DNA of 54,622 nucleotides. It comes from Candidatus Alloscybalousia intestinigallinarum. GTDB taxonomy: Bacteria; Bacillota_I; Bacilli_A; RF39; UBA660. This document shows, in pieces, positions 1 through 9,683 of the stretch (its first letter is position 1; every line of letters starts with the position of its first letter). The DNA is taken from contig DVKF01000059.1 of the NCBI GenBank assembly GCA_018716115.1, forward strand, positions 1 to 54,622. The letters run 5' to 3'. The notes under the pieces are model-generated. The model ran no database searches, was not told the DNA's origin, and saw only the letters and a program-made list of their open reading frames with translations. The translations under genes were made by a program, and so were the position numbers.

Positions 1-121
1 AAAATTCACTTTCACTCATAGGCATCGCCCTCACTCCGTATTTATCATACTACGTTCGGCCATACGCTGCAAGCAGCGGGGAAATGCCCTAGAATTTAAA
101 CATGCACTGTATGTTTAAATT
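1..121. mobile_element. Probable terminus of a repeated or mobile element (REP/HUH-type hairpin end) at the window edge
   Basis: GC-rich stretch in AT-rich DNA with a perfect hairpin CGCTGC-AA-GCAGCG (65-78) and an inverted repeat AATTTAAACAT/ATGTTTAAATT (93-103/111-121). It lies directly against a 5'-truncated gene. Family assignment is inference. Confidence 0.4.
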
Positions 122-430
122 TATTATAATCTCTGTATTTTAGATGGGAATCAAGTAACGATTGGTAATCATGTGATGATGGGACCTAATGTTTCTTTGT
201 TTACCCCTAAGCATCCCTTAGATAAGGAAAAAAGAAGAAATCAGATTGAAATCGATCTCCCGATAAAAATTGGCAACGATGTTTGGATTGGAGGAAATGT
301 TGTCATTCTAGCTGGAGTTACCATTGGTAATAATGTAGTGATTGGTGCAGGAAGTGTTGTTACCAAAGATATCCCAGATAATGTTGTTGCGGTGGGTAAT
401 CCTTGTCGAATCATTAAAAAGATGGACTAG
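119..430 (+). pseudogene. 5'-truncated sugar O-acetyltransferase (maltose/galactoside acetyltransferase, LbH fold)
   Basis: Hexapeptide repeats [36 protein letters not shown] and VGNPCR. The frame extends upstream as [17 protein letters not shown] to a TAA at 116-118; the usual N-terminal half is absent. Confidence 0.8.
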
Positions 431-457
431 AAAATAGGAAAAAGCTTCCTATTTTTT
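431..457. terminator. Bidirectional intrinsic terminator
   Basis: AAAATAGGAA...TTCCTATTTTTT between convergent genes. Confidence 0.7.
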
Positions 458-1166
458 ATTTTGCTTCCTCCTCTATCTGTTCTTTTCCTCTTATCTTCGT
501 TATTTGTTCCTCTTTCATTATATATTTGATATCTTCGATTGCCTTATCGATATTGAACCGACCATTTCCAATCGGATAGTAGACTGAATAACACTTATAG
601 ACTTGGTTATCGATTTTCTTAGTGAAACATTGTCTTCTCACTTGGGATACAGATATTTTTTCGTTTAAAACGATAGAGCTTACTTGATTTCCAAACAAAA
701 TAATTACTTTAGGGTTAATGAGAGAAATTTCTTTTTCTAATAAATGAAGATATTGTTTAAAGACTTCGTCTGGTAACTCTCTCGCATCGACTTGGGTGCA
801 TTTTGCTAGATTAGTGATAAAATACTTATGTTTTTCCACATCTTGATACACTTCTATTGCGAACTCTTCCGTCCACTCACTCCCCTTTAGTGTCCTTATT
901 TTTTGATAAATCTCTTCATCGACTAAATCTAAGGCATAAAACAAGTCCCAAACGTTCTTCGTTCCAATCCAAGGTGCTTTTAATCCATGCCATGATTTTT
1001 GAGAGGCAATATTTCTACCTGTTGGATTCATGAATACAAAACAAATATCTGGATTTTTACTGTATCCTCCAAAATAAATCGAATCCAATTCTTTCGCCCC
1101 ATATTTTTTCTGTAATTTATCGTATTTCTTCGTTAACTTTATTAATTCTTGATTCATACTTATCAC
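456..1166 (-). CDS. Uracil-DNA glycosylase superfamily protein
   Basis: ICFVFMNPT, YFITNLAKC and INPKVIILFGN motifs of the UDG-like fold. Confidence 0.75.
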   Translation of the reverse strand: MISMNQELIKLTKKYDKLQKKYGAKELDSIYFGGYSKNPDICFVFMNPTGRNIASQKSWHGLKAPWIGTKNVWDLFYALDLVDEEIYQKIRTLKGSEWTEEFAIEVYQDVEKHKYFITNLAKCTQVDARELPDEVFKQYLHLLEKEISLINPKVIILFGNQVSSIVLNEKISVSQVRRQCFTKKIDNQVYKCYSVYYPIGNGRFNIDKAIEDIKYIMKEEQITKIRGKEQIEEEAK

Positions 1167-1232
1167 TCTTTTATTTTACTTAGTTATCCTTTTTCTGTAA
1201 AGAAAAACATCTGAAGTTTATTCAGATGCCAG

Positions 1233-1862
1233 TTAAAATTCCTTTTTTTGAACGATTTTTTCAGATATTTTATAAGATATATACAAGATAATTACCATAA
1301 GGAATGGCAAAATAATTAGTAGATAATTATCGAGAAAGTGAATAGCTTCAGTGGATAGAGAAATTTTTATATTCTGAAATAATAGACCGATTAACGCACT
1401 AATTCCAAAGACAAGAACAAGTAGAAATATTCTTCCCTTCTCTATTCCTAATTTAAAGATTAACGGGTACATAATAGATTGAAGAAGAATAATCGCACTC
1501 CAACATCCTAATAATGTAGTGGTAGTTTCTTCTAAGTTTAAATTATGGTTAGCTACGCCAAATAGAATAACCAAGAGATAAGTAAGTAGAATAGCGACTA
1601 ACGATAAGAAAATACTCGCTATATATTTCGCTTTTACGATATTTTTTCTACCATTAGGAAGGGTTACCGCATAACTGTTCCACTTATTATAATCATCGTA
1701 ACTAAAGGTACTTAGAAACATCATCATGGATAGAAAAGCTGGCACAAAGACAAGTATTTGATTACCTTGTAGTCCAATAAAGACAAAAACCAAAACAAAT
1801 AGAACGAGTTGTTTTATATTTTCTTTGATCAACAATAAATCTTTGACAATTAATCCTTTCAT
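1233..1862 (-). CDS. ABC-2 type transporter permease
   Basis: MKGLIVKDLL start, about six TM segments, LPxxRKxIVxAKY motif; follows an ABC ATPase. Confidence 0.9.
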   Translation of the reverse strand: MKGLIVKDLLLIKENIKQLVLFVLVFVFIGLQGNQILVFVPAFLSMMMFLSTFSYDDYNKWNSYAVTLPNGRKNIVKAKYIASIFLSLVAILLTYLLVILFGVANHNLNLEETTTTLLGCWSAIILLQSIMYPLIFKLGIEKGRIFLLVLVFGISALIGLLFQNIKISLSTEAIHFLDNYLLIILPFLMVIILYISYKISEKIVQKKEF

Positions 1863-1863
1863 G

Positions 1864-2715
1864 TTACTTTACCCCCTTAATCATTAATAACATTAATTCT
1901 TCTAAAGTCATTTTATCAACCACAAAATCAGAATATTTCTTTCTCATTTTATCTCTATCTGCGACTAAGAATTCTACATCGTATTTATTTTTCTTATAAC
2001 AGATATAATCTTCTTTTTTTACTTGATCCATTTTATCAGGATCACATTTTAAGATTCCATAGTGATCAATTAATTCTTCACGATCTTTATCTAAAACAAT
2101 TTTTCCTTGGTCAATGAAGACAATCTTATCGGCGACATGTTCTAAATCACTTGTAATATGCGTAGATAAGATAATGGTATGATTTTCATCTTGGATAAAA
2201 TTTAAAAAGATATCTAAGATTTCATTTCTAATGACTGGATCTAGTCCGCTCGTTGCTTCATCTAGAATTAAAATATCTGGATGATGAGATAAGGCAGTAG
2301 CAATTTCTAATTTTTTTCTCATTCCTTTAGATAGTGCTTTTAATGGTTTATCTACTGGTAGAGAAAATTCTTTCAAGTAATTGTAGTATAATTCAGTATC
2401 CCAGTTCTTAGCTATTCCTCTCATCGCTAGTTCGATATCTTTGGCAGTAAGAAGTTCTGGAAAAAACATGTTATCTAAAACCACACCGATGTTTTCTTTT
2501 GTCTTTTCCTCATGATTATCTCTACCGTTAATTTTTATGGTTCCCTCATCCGTTTGAATAATATTTAAAATGGCTTTTAAGAGAGTTGTTTTCCCCGCTC
2601 CATTTTCGCCGATTAAACCAACAATTACGCCTTTAGGAACAGTTAAATCTAACTTTCCGAGTTGAAACTTCTCATCATATTTTTTGACTAAACCTTTTAT
2701 TTCGATCGCATTCAT
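1864..2715 (-). CDS. ABC transporter ATP-binding protein (YtrB-like)
   Basis: Walker A GENGAGKT, signature LSKGM, Walker B ILILDE, H-loop STH. Confidence 0.95.
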   Translation of the reverse strand: MNAIEIKGLVKKYDEKFQLGKLDLTVPKGVIVGLIGENGAGKTTLLKAILNIIQTDEGTIKINGRDNHEEKTKENIGVVLDNMFFPELLTAKDIELAMRGIAKNWDTELYYNYLKEFSLPVDKPLKALSKGMRKKLEIATALSHHPDILILDEATSGLDPVIRNEILDIFLNFIQDENHTIILSTHITSDLEHVADKIVFIDQGKIVLDKDREELIDHYGILKCDPDKMDQVKKEDYICYKKNKYDVEFLVADRDKMRKKYSDFVVDKMTLEELMLLMIKGVK

Positions 2716-3093
2716 TTATTCATCACTCCCATAGAATATTTTTACTAATTCGATAATCTCTTCCTGTTTAATTTGAAACTTTTCCGCAATATCGACAATT
2801 TTTCCCATATAACTCTCGATTTCTTTTTGGGCTTGTTCTTTGGCTAGTTCTGTATTTTTGGGTGCTACAAAGGTCCCCTTTCCTTGACGAGATACAATAT
2901 AGCCTTCATTTTCTAGCTCATCGTATGCTTTTTTTATTGTCATGACACTGATTTTAATATCTTGAGCCAAATTTCTAATCGATGGCAGGGCTTCATCTTC
3001 TTGAAGCTCATTATTTAAGATCTGTTCAATAATTGCCTGTTTAATCTGTTCGTAAATCGGAATAGAGCTACTATTACTAATAATGATTTTCAT
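2716..3093 (-). CDS. GntR family (YtrA subfamily) transcriptional regulator
   Basis: PIYEQI, LPSIRNLA, GKGTFV winged HTH, short C-terminus. Start moved to the ATG at 3093, which follows AAGGGG. Confidence 0.92.
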   Translation of the reverse strand: MKIIISNSSSIPIYEQIKQAIIEQILNNELQEDEALPSIRNLAQDIKISVMTIKKAYDELENEGYIVSRQGKGTFVAPKNTELAKEQAQKEIESYMGKIVDIAEKFQIKQEEIIELVKIFYGSDE

Positions 3094-3110
3094 CGTTATC
3101 GCCCCTTTCG

Positions 3111-3147
3111 TGTTATACAGTATATAACAGTATATAACATTTGTCAA
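3111..3147 (-). promoter_or_regulatory. SigA promoter overlapped by a probable YtrA-type operator
   Basis: TTGACA (3147-3142), 17-bp spacer, TATACT (3124-3119); overlapped by TGTTATATAC-TGTTATATAC-TGTATAACA repeats. Confidence 0.8.
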
Positions 3148-3220
3148 CTAGATATGTCTATAATTTATTTTTTTCTATGAAAGATTAAGTTTTTGGGTAT
3201 ACTAGGATTGGTGATTCATC

Positions 3221-4201
3221 ATGAAAATTAGATTAGGTTATGTCGCGATTTCTCTTACCCTAAATGATTATATTCATTATAAAACGCTCTCTTTTAGTCA
3301 GTATCAAAAATTAGGAACAGAAAAAGCTAATGTAAAATTAACCGAAATCATCCTCGATAATCTTACAGTATTAGAAAATATTCTTCGCTATAATGTGAAA
3401 AATGGCATTTATTTTTATCGATTGAGTCAGAATATGATTCCCCTTGCGACACATCCTGAAGTTGACTTTGACTATATTACCCCTTTTCTTACGAAATGGA
3501 AAAGAATTGGCCAATGGATTAAACGTCATCAAATCCGAGTCGATTTTCACCCCGATCAATTTTGTGTATTAAATAGTCATCGTCAAGAAGTCGTTACTAG
3601 TAGTATAAAAATACTAGAATTTATCTATGCCATTTATCAGGCACTAGGAATCGATAATGGGAAAGTCGTTCTTCATATCGGTAGTTCAGTGATAGGGAAA
3701 AAAGAAAGTATTGAACGCTTTAAGAAAAACTTTTTTCAACTTCCCTTACCTCTTCAACAGATGATTTTATTAGAAAATGACGATAAGATCTATACAATCG
3801 AAGATACGCTAGCTTTATGTGAAGAATTACATCTACAAATGGTTCTTGATTATCATCATTATCGTTGTAATCACACTCAATATAACTTAGATCACTTTCT
3901 ATCACGTATTTTAGCGACTTGGAAAGAAAGTGGTTATCCTCCTAAAGTTCATTTTTCTTCTCCCAAAAGTAAACAAGAAAAACGTGCCCATAGTTTTTAT
4001 CTCGACTATAAGTCTTTTGTCCAATTTTTGGAAGTCATAAAAAAATATCCCTATGACGTGGATATTATGTTAGAGTGTAAAGGAAAAGATGAAGCACTCT
4101 TTCGGTTAGTAAGACAGTTAAAATTCTTATATCCTGTAAAGTTTTTTAAACAAGCGGTTTTTACTCTTACTGAAGATAGCCAAGAAAAAAACAGTCATTA
4201 A
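3221..4201 (+). CDS. uvsE: UV DNA damage repair endonuclease
   Basis: MKIRLGYVA, FYRLS, HPDQF, LENDD, LDYHHY, PKVHFSSP, DIMLECKGKD. Confidence 0.95.
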   Translation: MKIRLGYVAISLTLNDYIHYKTLSFSQYQKLGTEKANVKLTEIILDNLTVLENILRYNVKNGIYFYRLSQNMIPLATHPEVDFDYITPFLTKWKRIGQWIKRHQIRVDFHPDQFCVLNSHRQEVVTSSIKILEFIYAIYQALGIDNGKVVLHIGSSVIGKKESIERFKKNFFQLPLPLQQMILLENDDKIYTIEDTLALCEELHLQMVLDYHHYRCNHTQYNLDHFLSRILATWKESGYPPKVHFSSPKSKQEKRAHSFYLDYKSFVQFLEVIKKYPYDVDIMLECKGKDEALFRLVRQLKFLYPVKFFKQAVFTLTEDSQEKNSH

Positions 4202-4686
4202 CTGTTTAGTCCCTTTTCTGGATCCTTTGGTTCGTTTCTTTTTCGATAGGCAATCAACTGTTCTGGTAAAAGATAGATTTTAGGGTTATAGACAAAAATT
4301 TCTTCTCGATTGGTACCTAACTTATCGATAATGGTTTGAATCGTATCGCCATCTTTCGTAATATAAACCTGTACCCCTTCTTCTGGCACTAACAACCGTT
4401 GTTCTGGGTAAATGTATTCATTGATTTCTAAACCGTTTAATTCTGAGAGATCTTTTACACTGATATTGTAGCGTTTCGCTATCTCATAGAGATTATCTCC
4501 TTTTTTAACAGTATAATGAGTAAAACCAAGTGGTGCCTTCTCTTCAGGAATGATTAACTCCAAGCCTGGTTCTAGATAATAGACATTTTCTAAATTATTC
4601 TGATTAATCAAGTCAACGATACTAATATTATATTTCTTCGCAATCGTTGCGATGTTGTCTCCTTCTTTTACGATATATGTCTCCAT
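4198..4686 (-). CDS. LysM-repeat protein (possibly spore-associated)
   Basis: Two clear LysM domains (YIVKEGDNIATIAKKY; YTVKKGDNLYEIAKRY) and a degenerate third. Confidence 0.88.
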   Translation of the reverse strand: METYIVKEGDNIATIAKKYNISIVDLINQNNLENVYYLEPGLELIIPEEKAPLGFTHYTVKKGDNLYEIAKRYNISVKDLSELNGLEINEYIYPEQRLLVPEEGVQVYITKDGDTIQTIIDKLGTNREEIFVYNPKIYLLPEQLIAYRKRNEPKDPEKGLNS

Positions 4687-4728
4687 TTCTTTACCTCCTA
4701 TATTAATATATTCAAGGAGGTAAAGAAA
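4686..4728 (-). promoter_or_regulatory. Perfect 14-bp hairpin sequestering the RBS, with a SigE-like -10 in the loop
   Basis: Minus strand TTTCTTTACCTCCT-tgaatatattaatat-AGGAGGTAAAGAAA(tg). Confidence 0.6.
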
Positions 4729-4768
4729 AACACTCTAAGTTTAAGTGTGAACTTGAGTGTTTATTTTT
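4726..4768 (-). terminator. Probable intrinsic terminator downstream of 4780..6069
   Basis: AAAAACACTC(T)AAGTT...AACTTGAGTGTTT inverted repeat. Confidence 0.55.
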
Positions 4769-4779
4769 TGATTAGAAAT

Positions 4780-6069
4780 TTATTTTTCTGAAGACGCTTT
4801 ATATACTGCGATACGATTATTATCGTTATATCTTAATTCATCGTTTTGAAGAATTAATCTTTTTCCATAATTCTCGTTATAGTAATAAAGGCTATTGTCA
4901 ATTAGGAAATAGAATGTATCCTGATTAAAGATTACTTCTTTTGTATCTAGTTGTTGAAATAGTAAAATCGGTAGACTTAAATCTCGTTTACTTAAACGGT
5001 AGAAATTACCATCTGCTGTATAGTAATAATAATCGGTTTCATTTTCATAAGTCATAACTGGATTTTTGGAAGCAATTTCAGGAATATCACTATAATCCTT
5101 TTGAAATTTTTTCTCATCGACTAAGTCATAAATATTGACGGTCTCCCAACTACCATTATACATTTGACCATTTAAATCTGTATTTCCAATTACTCGATAT
5201 TGTTTTTTCTCAGGATTGATTTCTAATTGTACTAGGTTATCTTTATCCATATAGTAAAGTTTACCATCTACGATACCATTAATATAGGTATCCTGTGACA
5301 TTGTTCGCTCTAAATTAAGACGATCTGTTTTATTTTCGACGATATCGTAAATTACTAATTCCTGAAAATCAAATACATTTTGATTATAATAGACAGGTAT
5401 AATATAATATTTACCAACTAAAGCACCATGAGTATTTTCGTATTTTTCATAAGAAGATAAGCTTTGTTCTAATGCACTATCTTTTTTGATTATCTCTAGA
5501 TTTTGGTAATTCCAAATCGTAATATAATCATTATCTAACAAATTATCTTTATAGACGGTAGAAGTTGTTGTCTTCTCTCCGGTAGTGGTTGATTCTTGCC
5601 AAGATGGATTCTGATACCCTTTTTCTTTTAATGTATTTACTAATTCTTGCGCTACAGGATTAGTCTTTTGTGCTTCATAAGAATATAGGACTCCTCCACT
5701 ACTACATTCGATATTGTGATCATTATCTTCTTTACCAAAGACTGGGAAAACACACATCGTTCCATCACGATTAATTAATTCGATATCTTCAATAATTTGT
5801 TTTCTTTTATTAAAATTATTTTTTATTGTATATCCAAACTGATAATCTCCTGTTGTAATATTAATGTAATATGTGTCATTGTTGCTTTTATTGTAGAACT
5901 CTTGAATATCAAAAGTAAGTTCGCCTTTACTGATCTGATAGTTTGCTTCATGATCTTGTTTAAAATAAACAATCGCATACTGAGCGATAAAAAATAATAA
6001 AAGCAGTAAGATACAAACAGATATTGCTCGTTTCACTTCATACACCTTCCTATTTTTATTATATCTCAA
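4780..6069 (-). CDS. Hypothetical membrane-anchored extracellular protein (beta-rich)
   Basis: Single N-terminal TM helix followed by a Tyr/Asn-rich domain. Confidence 0.7.
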   Translation of the reverse strand: MRYNKNRKVYEVKRAISVCILLLLLFFIAQYAIVYFKQDHEANYQISKGELTFDIQEFYNKSNNDTYYINITTGDYQFGYTIKNNFNKRKQIIEDIELINRDGTMCVFPVFGKEDNDHNIECSSGGVLYSYEAQKTNPVAQELVNTLKEKGYQNPSWQESTTTGEKTTTSTVYKDNLLDNDYITIWNYQNLEIIKKDSALEQSLSSYEKYENTHGALVGKYYIIPVYYNQNVFDFQELVIYDIVENKTDRLNLERTMSQDTYINGIVDGKLYYMDKDNLVQLEINPEKKQYRVIGNTDLNGQMYNGSWETVNIYDLVDEKKFQKDYSDIPEIASKNPVMTYENETDYYYYTADGNFYRLSKRDLSLPILLFQQLDTKEVIFNQDTFYFLIDNSLYYYNENYGKRLILQNDELRYNDNNRIAVYKASSEK

Positions 6070-6129
6070 AATAGGATTTTCACCAAGAAATTTTTTGAAC
6101 TCATCTTAAAATAGAAAAAAGTACTAATC

Positions 6130-6576
6130 TCAAATTGATTCTTGAGAATTTAGTACTTTTTTTTGTTCGCTCATGTAAGTTCCGATCATCTTTTCTATTT
6201 CGGGAAGAGCAGCTTTATCGAGATTAGACAAAGTAATATATTCTTTGACGGTATCGATATGAATTTTTCCCCAGATGATGCCGGATAATACTTTTAGATC
6301 ATTAAATAGATCAGGAGTAATGGAATCGAAGAAATAGCCAAATACAACTCTTTTTCTACCAATAATCAATCTTTCACTTGTTAAGGCTAAAACAGCGGTA
6401 GTGAAAATATCGAATGGATTATTATTCTTTTGCGCAACGAATACATAAAGCACCTCTTCGTTAGGGCGCAAATACTTTTCAATGATTTTAGCATTTTTCT
6501 TTAACCGCCACGCAATTGTCATAGGATACTTTTTCTTAAACGCTTTTGCTTTTTCGTAGATATTTCCAGATTCCAT
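6130..6576 (-). CDS. Bacterial PH-domain-containing protein
   Basis: L..NEEVLYV...VLALTSERLII pattern typical of bacterial PH domains. Confidence 0.65.
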   Translation of the reverse strand: MESGNIYEKAKAFKKKYPMTIAWRLKKNAKIIEKYLRPNEEVLYVFVAQKNNNPFDIFTTAVLALTSERLIIGRKRVVFGYFFDSITPDLFNDLKVLSGIIWGKIHIDTVKEYITLSNLDKAALPEIEKMIGTYMSEQKKVLNSQESI

Positions 6577-6592
6577 TTTCTCACTCCTTTAC

Positions 6593-7162
6593 TTATTCAC
6601 TTTCACTAATAAAGCCATATTCTGTTAGCAATGAAATAAGGCCACTTATACCACGAGCACCTTGATCGACACTAGTAACTTCGCCATTTTCGAACACGAT
6701 AAATGTTGGTGTTCCGAATCCAGCTAGACTCTCATGCAATGAAGTTAGATCGCTGTATTCATCATTGGTTAACGCATTAACATCTAAGTAATATACGTTA
6801 ACATCAGGATATTGATAAAGAACATACTCTAGTATTGGACGTTGATAATTACACCAACTACAAGTAGCACTTCCTAAGAAAATAATTCTCTTTTCATTAT
6901 TTTCCATTGCTTCTTTCATCTCACTATACGTGATCGATGGGATTTCTCTTGTTTCTCCTTCCGGAAGAACTTCTCCACTTTCTAGCAATGGATTTGATGC
7001 TGTTTCGTCTGTTGTTCCACCACTTGCTGCATCAACTGGTGTTTTATCGTTAGAACGATCTCCCGTATTTTCGGAAACAAAGTATCCAGCGAATAAAAAG
7101 ACGATAACACCTAGTACTACTATTGCTATATTCTTTGCTTTATCTTGATTTACTTTTGTCAT
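6593..7162 (-). CDS. Membrane-anchored thioredoxin-family protein
   Basis: N-terminal TM, CSWC active site, GTPTF cis-Pro loop. Confidence 0.85.
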   Translation of the reverse strand: MTKVNQDKAKNIAIVVLGVIVFLFAGYFVSENTGDRSNDKTPVDAASGGTTDETASNPLLESGEVLPEGETREIPSITYSEMKEAMENNEKRIIFLGSATCSWCNYQRPILEYVLYQYPDVNVYYLDVNALTNDEYSDLTSLHESLAGFGTPTFIVFENGEVTSVDQGARGISGLISLLTEYGFISESE

Positions 7163-7193
7163 ATTTACCTCCTATTTTTTGCTTTCTTGGTTA

Positions 7194-7865
7194 TTATAAC
7201 ATACTTTCTATCCAATTGACGATATTTTCTAGAAATTTGTCGATTAAATCGAATATTTTTCCAAGAAGATTATCAAAGAACTCTTGAATTACGTTCTTTT
7301 CTTTATCTTTTTTCTCTTTCTTTTCCTCTTTCGTTGTTTCTTTTTCATTTTCTGTTGAACTTTCTTCTTCACTAGTTGGTGTCTCGCCACTCCACTGTCC
7401 AACTTTATTCGCTTTGGCGACAGCTTCAGCATCCTGTAAAAGTGAAGTGTATTGATAATCATCGTATAAGTATGCTACTTCCGCAAGTCCTTTTTCGATT
7501 AAAGATTGTTGAAGTAAAACGCCATCTACCCATACCCAAGCCAAAGTTCTTCCGTATTTATCTTCTTTATCACTGTTATCATCATACTCTAGTTTAATTT
7601 CCTTGGCATTGGTCAATGTCTCACAAGTATAGTTACTTGCCTCTTTTCCATAGGCCTCTACTTCTTTTGTTGGATGAACAGTTTCTGGCGTATCTACCGC
7701 TAAAAATCTCGTTTTATAAACCGTACCAGTACTCGTTTTAAAATTAGCGGTATCACCATCTACACATTTATCTAAGGTGACAATTTCTGTCTCTCCCGCA
7801 AAAACAAGAGAAGGTATCATCATCAAACAAAATAAAAATCCTATATACTTCTTCATACTACACAC
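7194..7865 (-). CDS. Secreted thermonuclease (SNase family)
   Basis: Signal peptide, VDGDT, RFLAVDTPE, DKYGRTLAWVW, GLAEV. Confidence 0.92.
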   Translation of the reverse strand: MCSMKKYIGFLFCLMMIPSLVFAGETEIVTLDKCVDGDTANFKTSTGTVYKTRFLAVDTPETVHPTKEVEAYGKEASNYTCETLTNAKEIKLEYDDNSDKEDKYGRTLAWVWVDGVLLQQSLIEKGLAEVAYLYDDYQYTSLLQDAEAVAKANKVGQWSGETPTSEEESSTENEKETTKEEKKEKKDKEKNVIQEFFDNLLGKIFDLIDKFLENIVNWIESML

Positions 7866-7867
7866 CT

Positions 7868-8614
7868 CTATTTATACTTTTTTAACTTTACAATTAATTT
7901 GTTTTTCTTAGTTGTACCCGCAATTTCCGTGATGATAAACTTGCCGACATGCCTAATCGAGAGAACATCTTGTTCTTTGACTAATATGAACGGAGAAGTG
8001 GCTACTTCATAATTATAGAGTACTTTTTCCGTTTCTAGTAATCGTAATGCTTCTCTTCGACTGGTAGGGGTCAATTTACTGATTAAATTATCTAGACGTA
8101 AACTAGATAAAATCACTTGTTGATCTGAGAAATGTTCCTCCTTTAATTCCAACTTTGCTACTTGTTCTAAATGAACTAGCTTACCTCTAACTAGAACGAA
8201 ATTATCTTCTAAATACGTATTTAACCGAGTCAAGTTCGTTAGATAAAAGCCATCTTGTTCAACCCAGATATCTCCAATTGTATCCGGTTCAAAACCAAGT
8301 TGAAATAAAGTGGCTAATATTTCATTATGTCTCATATTAGGACTTTGCGAATAATAAAGCGTAATTTCTTTCTCACTTTCTCCTATACATAAAATACACT
8401 TTTCACAAATCTCATCGATAGAATAAAAAGTACATACTGGAAAAATGAACGATAAACGATGTTTAATTAACTCTTTTTTTCGTTTATCGAGAAAATTGGT
8501 CGTACTACTATGTCCTGTTTTTAGGTAACGTTCGTATTTATCTAAGATATTACTTAATAAAATTTTGTCTTCTTTTTTTAGACCTTGTAAACATTTCTCA
8601 CGTATTATTTTCAT
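7868..8614 (-). CDS. ylmH: YlmH/Sll1252-family S4 RNA-binding protein
   Basis: TNFLD, IGDI, SLRLDNLIS, DVLSIRHVGKF, TKKNK. Start moved to 8614. Confidence 0.8.
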   Translation of the reverse strand: MKIIREKCLQGLKKEDKILLSNILDKYERYLKTGHSSTTNFLDKRKKELIKHRLSFIFPVCTFYSIDEICEKCILCIGESEKEITLYYSQSPNMRHNEILATLFQLGFEPDTIGDIWVEQDGFYLTNLTRLNTYLEDNFVLVRGKLVHLEQVAKLELKEEHFSDQQVILSSLRLDNLISKLTPTSRREALRLLETEKVLYNYEVATSPFILVKEQDVLSIRHVGKFIITEIAGTTKKNKLIVKLKKYK

Positions 8615-8722
8615 AAAATCCCCTATTACTATTATATAATATTTCTTTTTTCCTTTTAAGGGCTTTTCTTGTTTTTGACAACTATTTACATCTAGTACTA
8701 TCTTCTTATCTTTTACTTCTAT

Positions 8723-8760
8723 TTCTTCTTTGTCGTGAATACAATAGCGATAGAAAGGAA
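8723..8760 (+). promoter_or_regulatory. SigE-like -10 (AATACAAT) inside an anti-SD hairpin
   Basis: TTCTTCTTTGTCG-tgaatacaatag-CGATAGAAAGGAA pairs at 12 of 13 positions counting G-U. Confidence 0.4.
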
Positions 8761-8768
8761 CAAAAGCG

Positions 8769-9683
8769 ATGAAAAATATGAAAATCGGTATTCCCAAAGC
8801 TTTACTTTTTTATCACTATGGAGATCTTTGGACTTCTTTTTTTGAGGAATTAGGTTGTGATATTATCGTCAGTTGTAATACGACACGAGAGATGGTTGAA
8901 TGGGGAACACGTTTTAGTGTCGATGAAGCATGTCTAGCGATGAAAATTTATATGGGACATGTCTATTACTTATTAGATAAGTGTGATTATATTCTAGTAC
9001 CACGAATTATCTGTTTAAAAAAGAAAGAAAAGTTATGTACAAATTTCTCGGCTTTGTATGATTTAGTTAGAAATACATTTGATAAGAAAATTATTCATTA
9101 TAATATCGATGTTGCGAAAAAAGAAGATGAATTCTATGCTTTTGTCACTATGGGATTAGAATTAGGATTTAAATATCGTGACATTGTAAAAAGTTACCGG
9201 AAAGCGAAAGAAAAACAAATGGCTATAAAAACGCGCAAAATAAGTAAACAGAAAGCTATCGTTGCCTCAACCAAAAAGATAAAAATTCTTCTAGCTGGAC
9301 ACGCCTATAATTTACGGGATGAATTTATTGGTAAACCGATTAGTAAAATGTTAGAAGAAAATGATGTCGAAGTAATCTATTCTGATTGTTATGATACGAA
9401 ATATTTGGAGAATGAAGTAAAAAAGATTAGTCCTCATAACTATTGGACGTACAATAAAGAAATTATCGCTTCTGTTGAGCATTATTTAGATAGTGTAGAT
9501 GGCGTGATTTTACTTACGGTATTTCCTTGTGGCCCTGATTCGTTAAGTAATGAGATGATTTTACGAAAGGTAGATATTCCGATTATTCCGATTATTATTG
9601 ATGATGAAAGTGGTAATGCAGGAATTATTACTAGAATTGAGAGTTTTCTTGATATTTTAGAAGAAAGGAGACATCAAGCTTGA
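8769..9683 (+). CDS. Acyl-CoA dehydratase activase-related protein (DUF2229-like)
   Basis: IGIPKALL, EACLAMKIYMGH, GHAYN, FPCGPDS, TRIESF. Confidence 0.85.
   Translation: MKNMKIGIPKALLFYHYGDLWTSFFEELGCDIIVSCNTTREMVEWGTRFSVDEACLAMKIYMGHVYYLLDKCDYILVPRIICLKKKEKLCTNFSALYDLVRNTFDKKIIHYNIDVAKKEDEFYAFVTMGLELGFKYRDIVKSYRKAKEKQMAIKTRKISKQKAIVASTKKIKILLAGHAYNLRDEFIGKPISKMLEENDVEVIYSDCYDTKYLENEVKKISPHNYWTYNKEIIASVEHYLDSVDGVILLTVFPCGPDSLSNEMILRKVDIPIIPIIIDDESGNAGIITRIESFLDILEERRHQA

Noticed and set aside
98-107. AAACATGCAC occurs at both 98-107 and 54481-54490, suggesting an intron 5' end or a target duplication
   Set aside because: It reads GTGCA rather than the GUGYG intron start, group II introns make no target duplications, and the right copy is the putative spoVID -35. 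Treated as coincidence.
8615-8797. N-terminal extension of YlmH overlapping the divergent gene
   Set aside because: The longest-ORF start spans the divergent promoter region; the ATG at 8614 has an RBS and gives a normal length.
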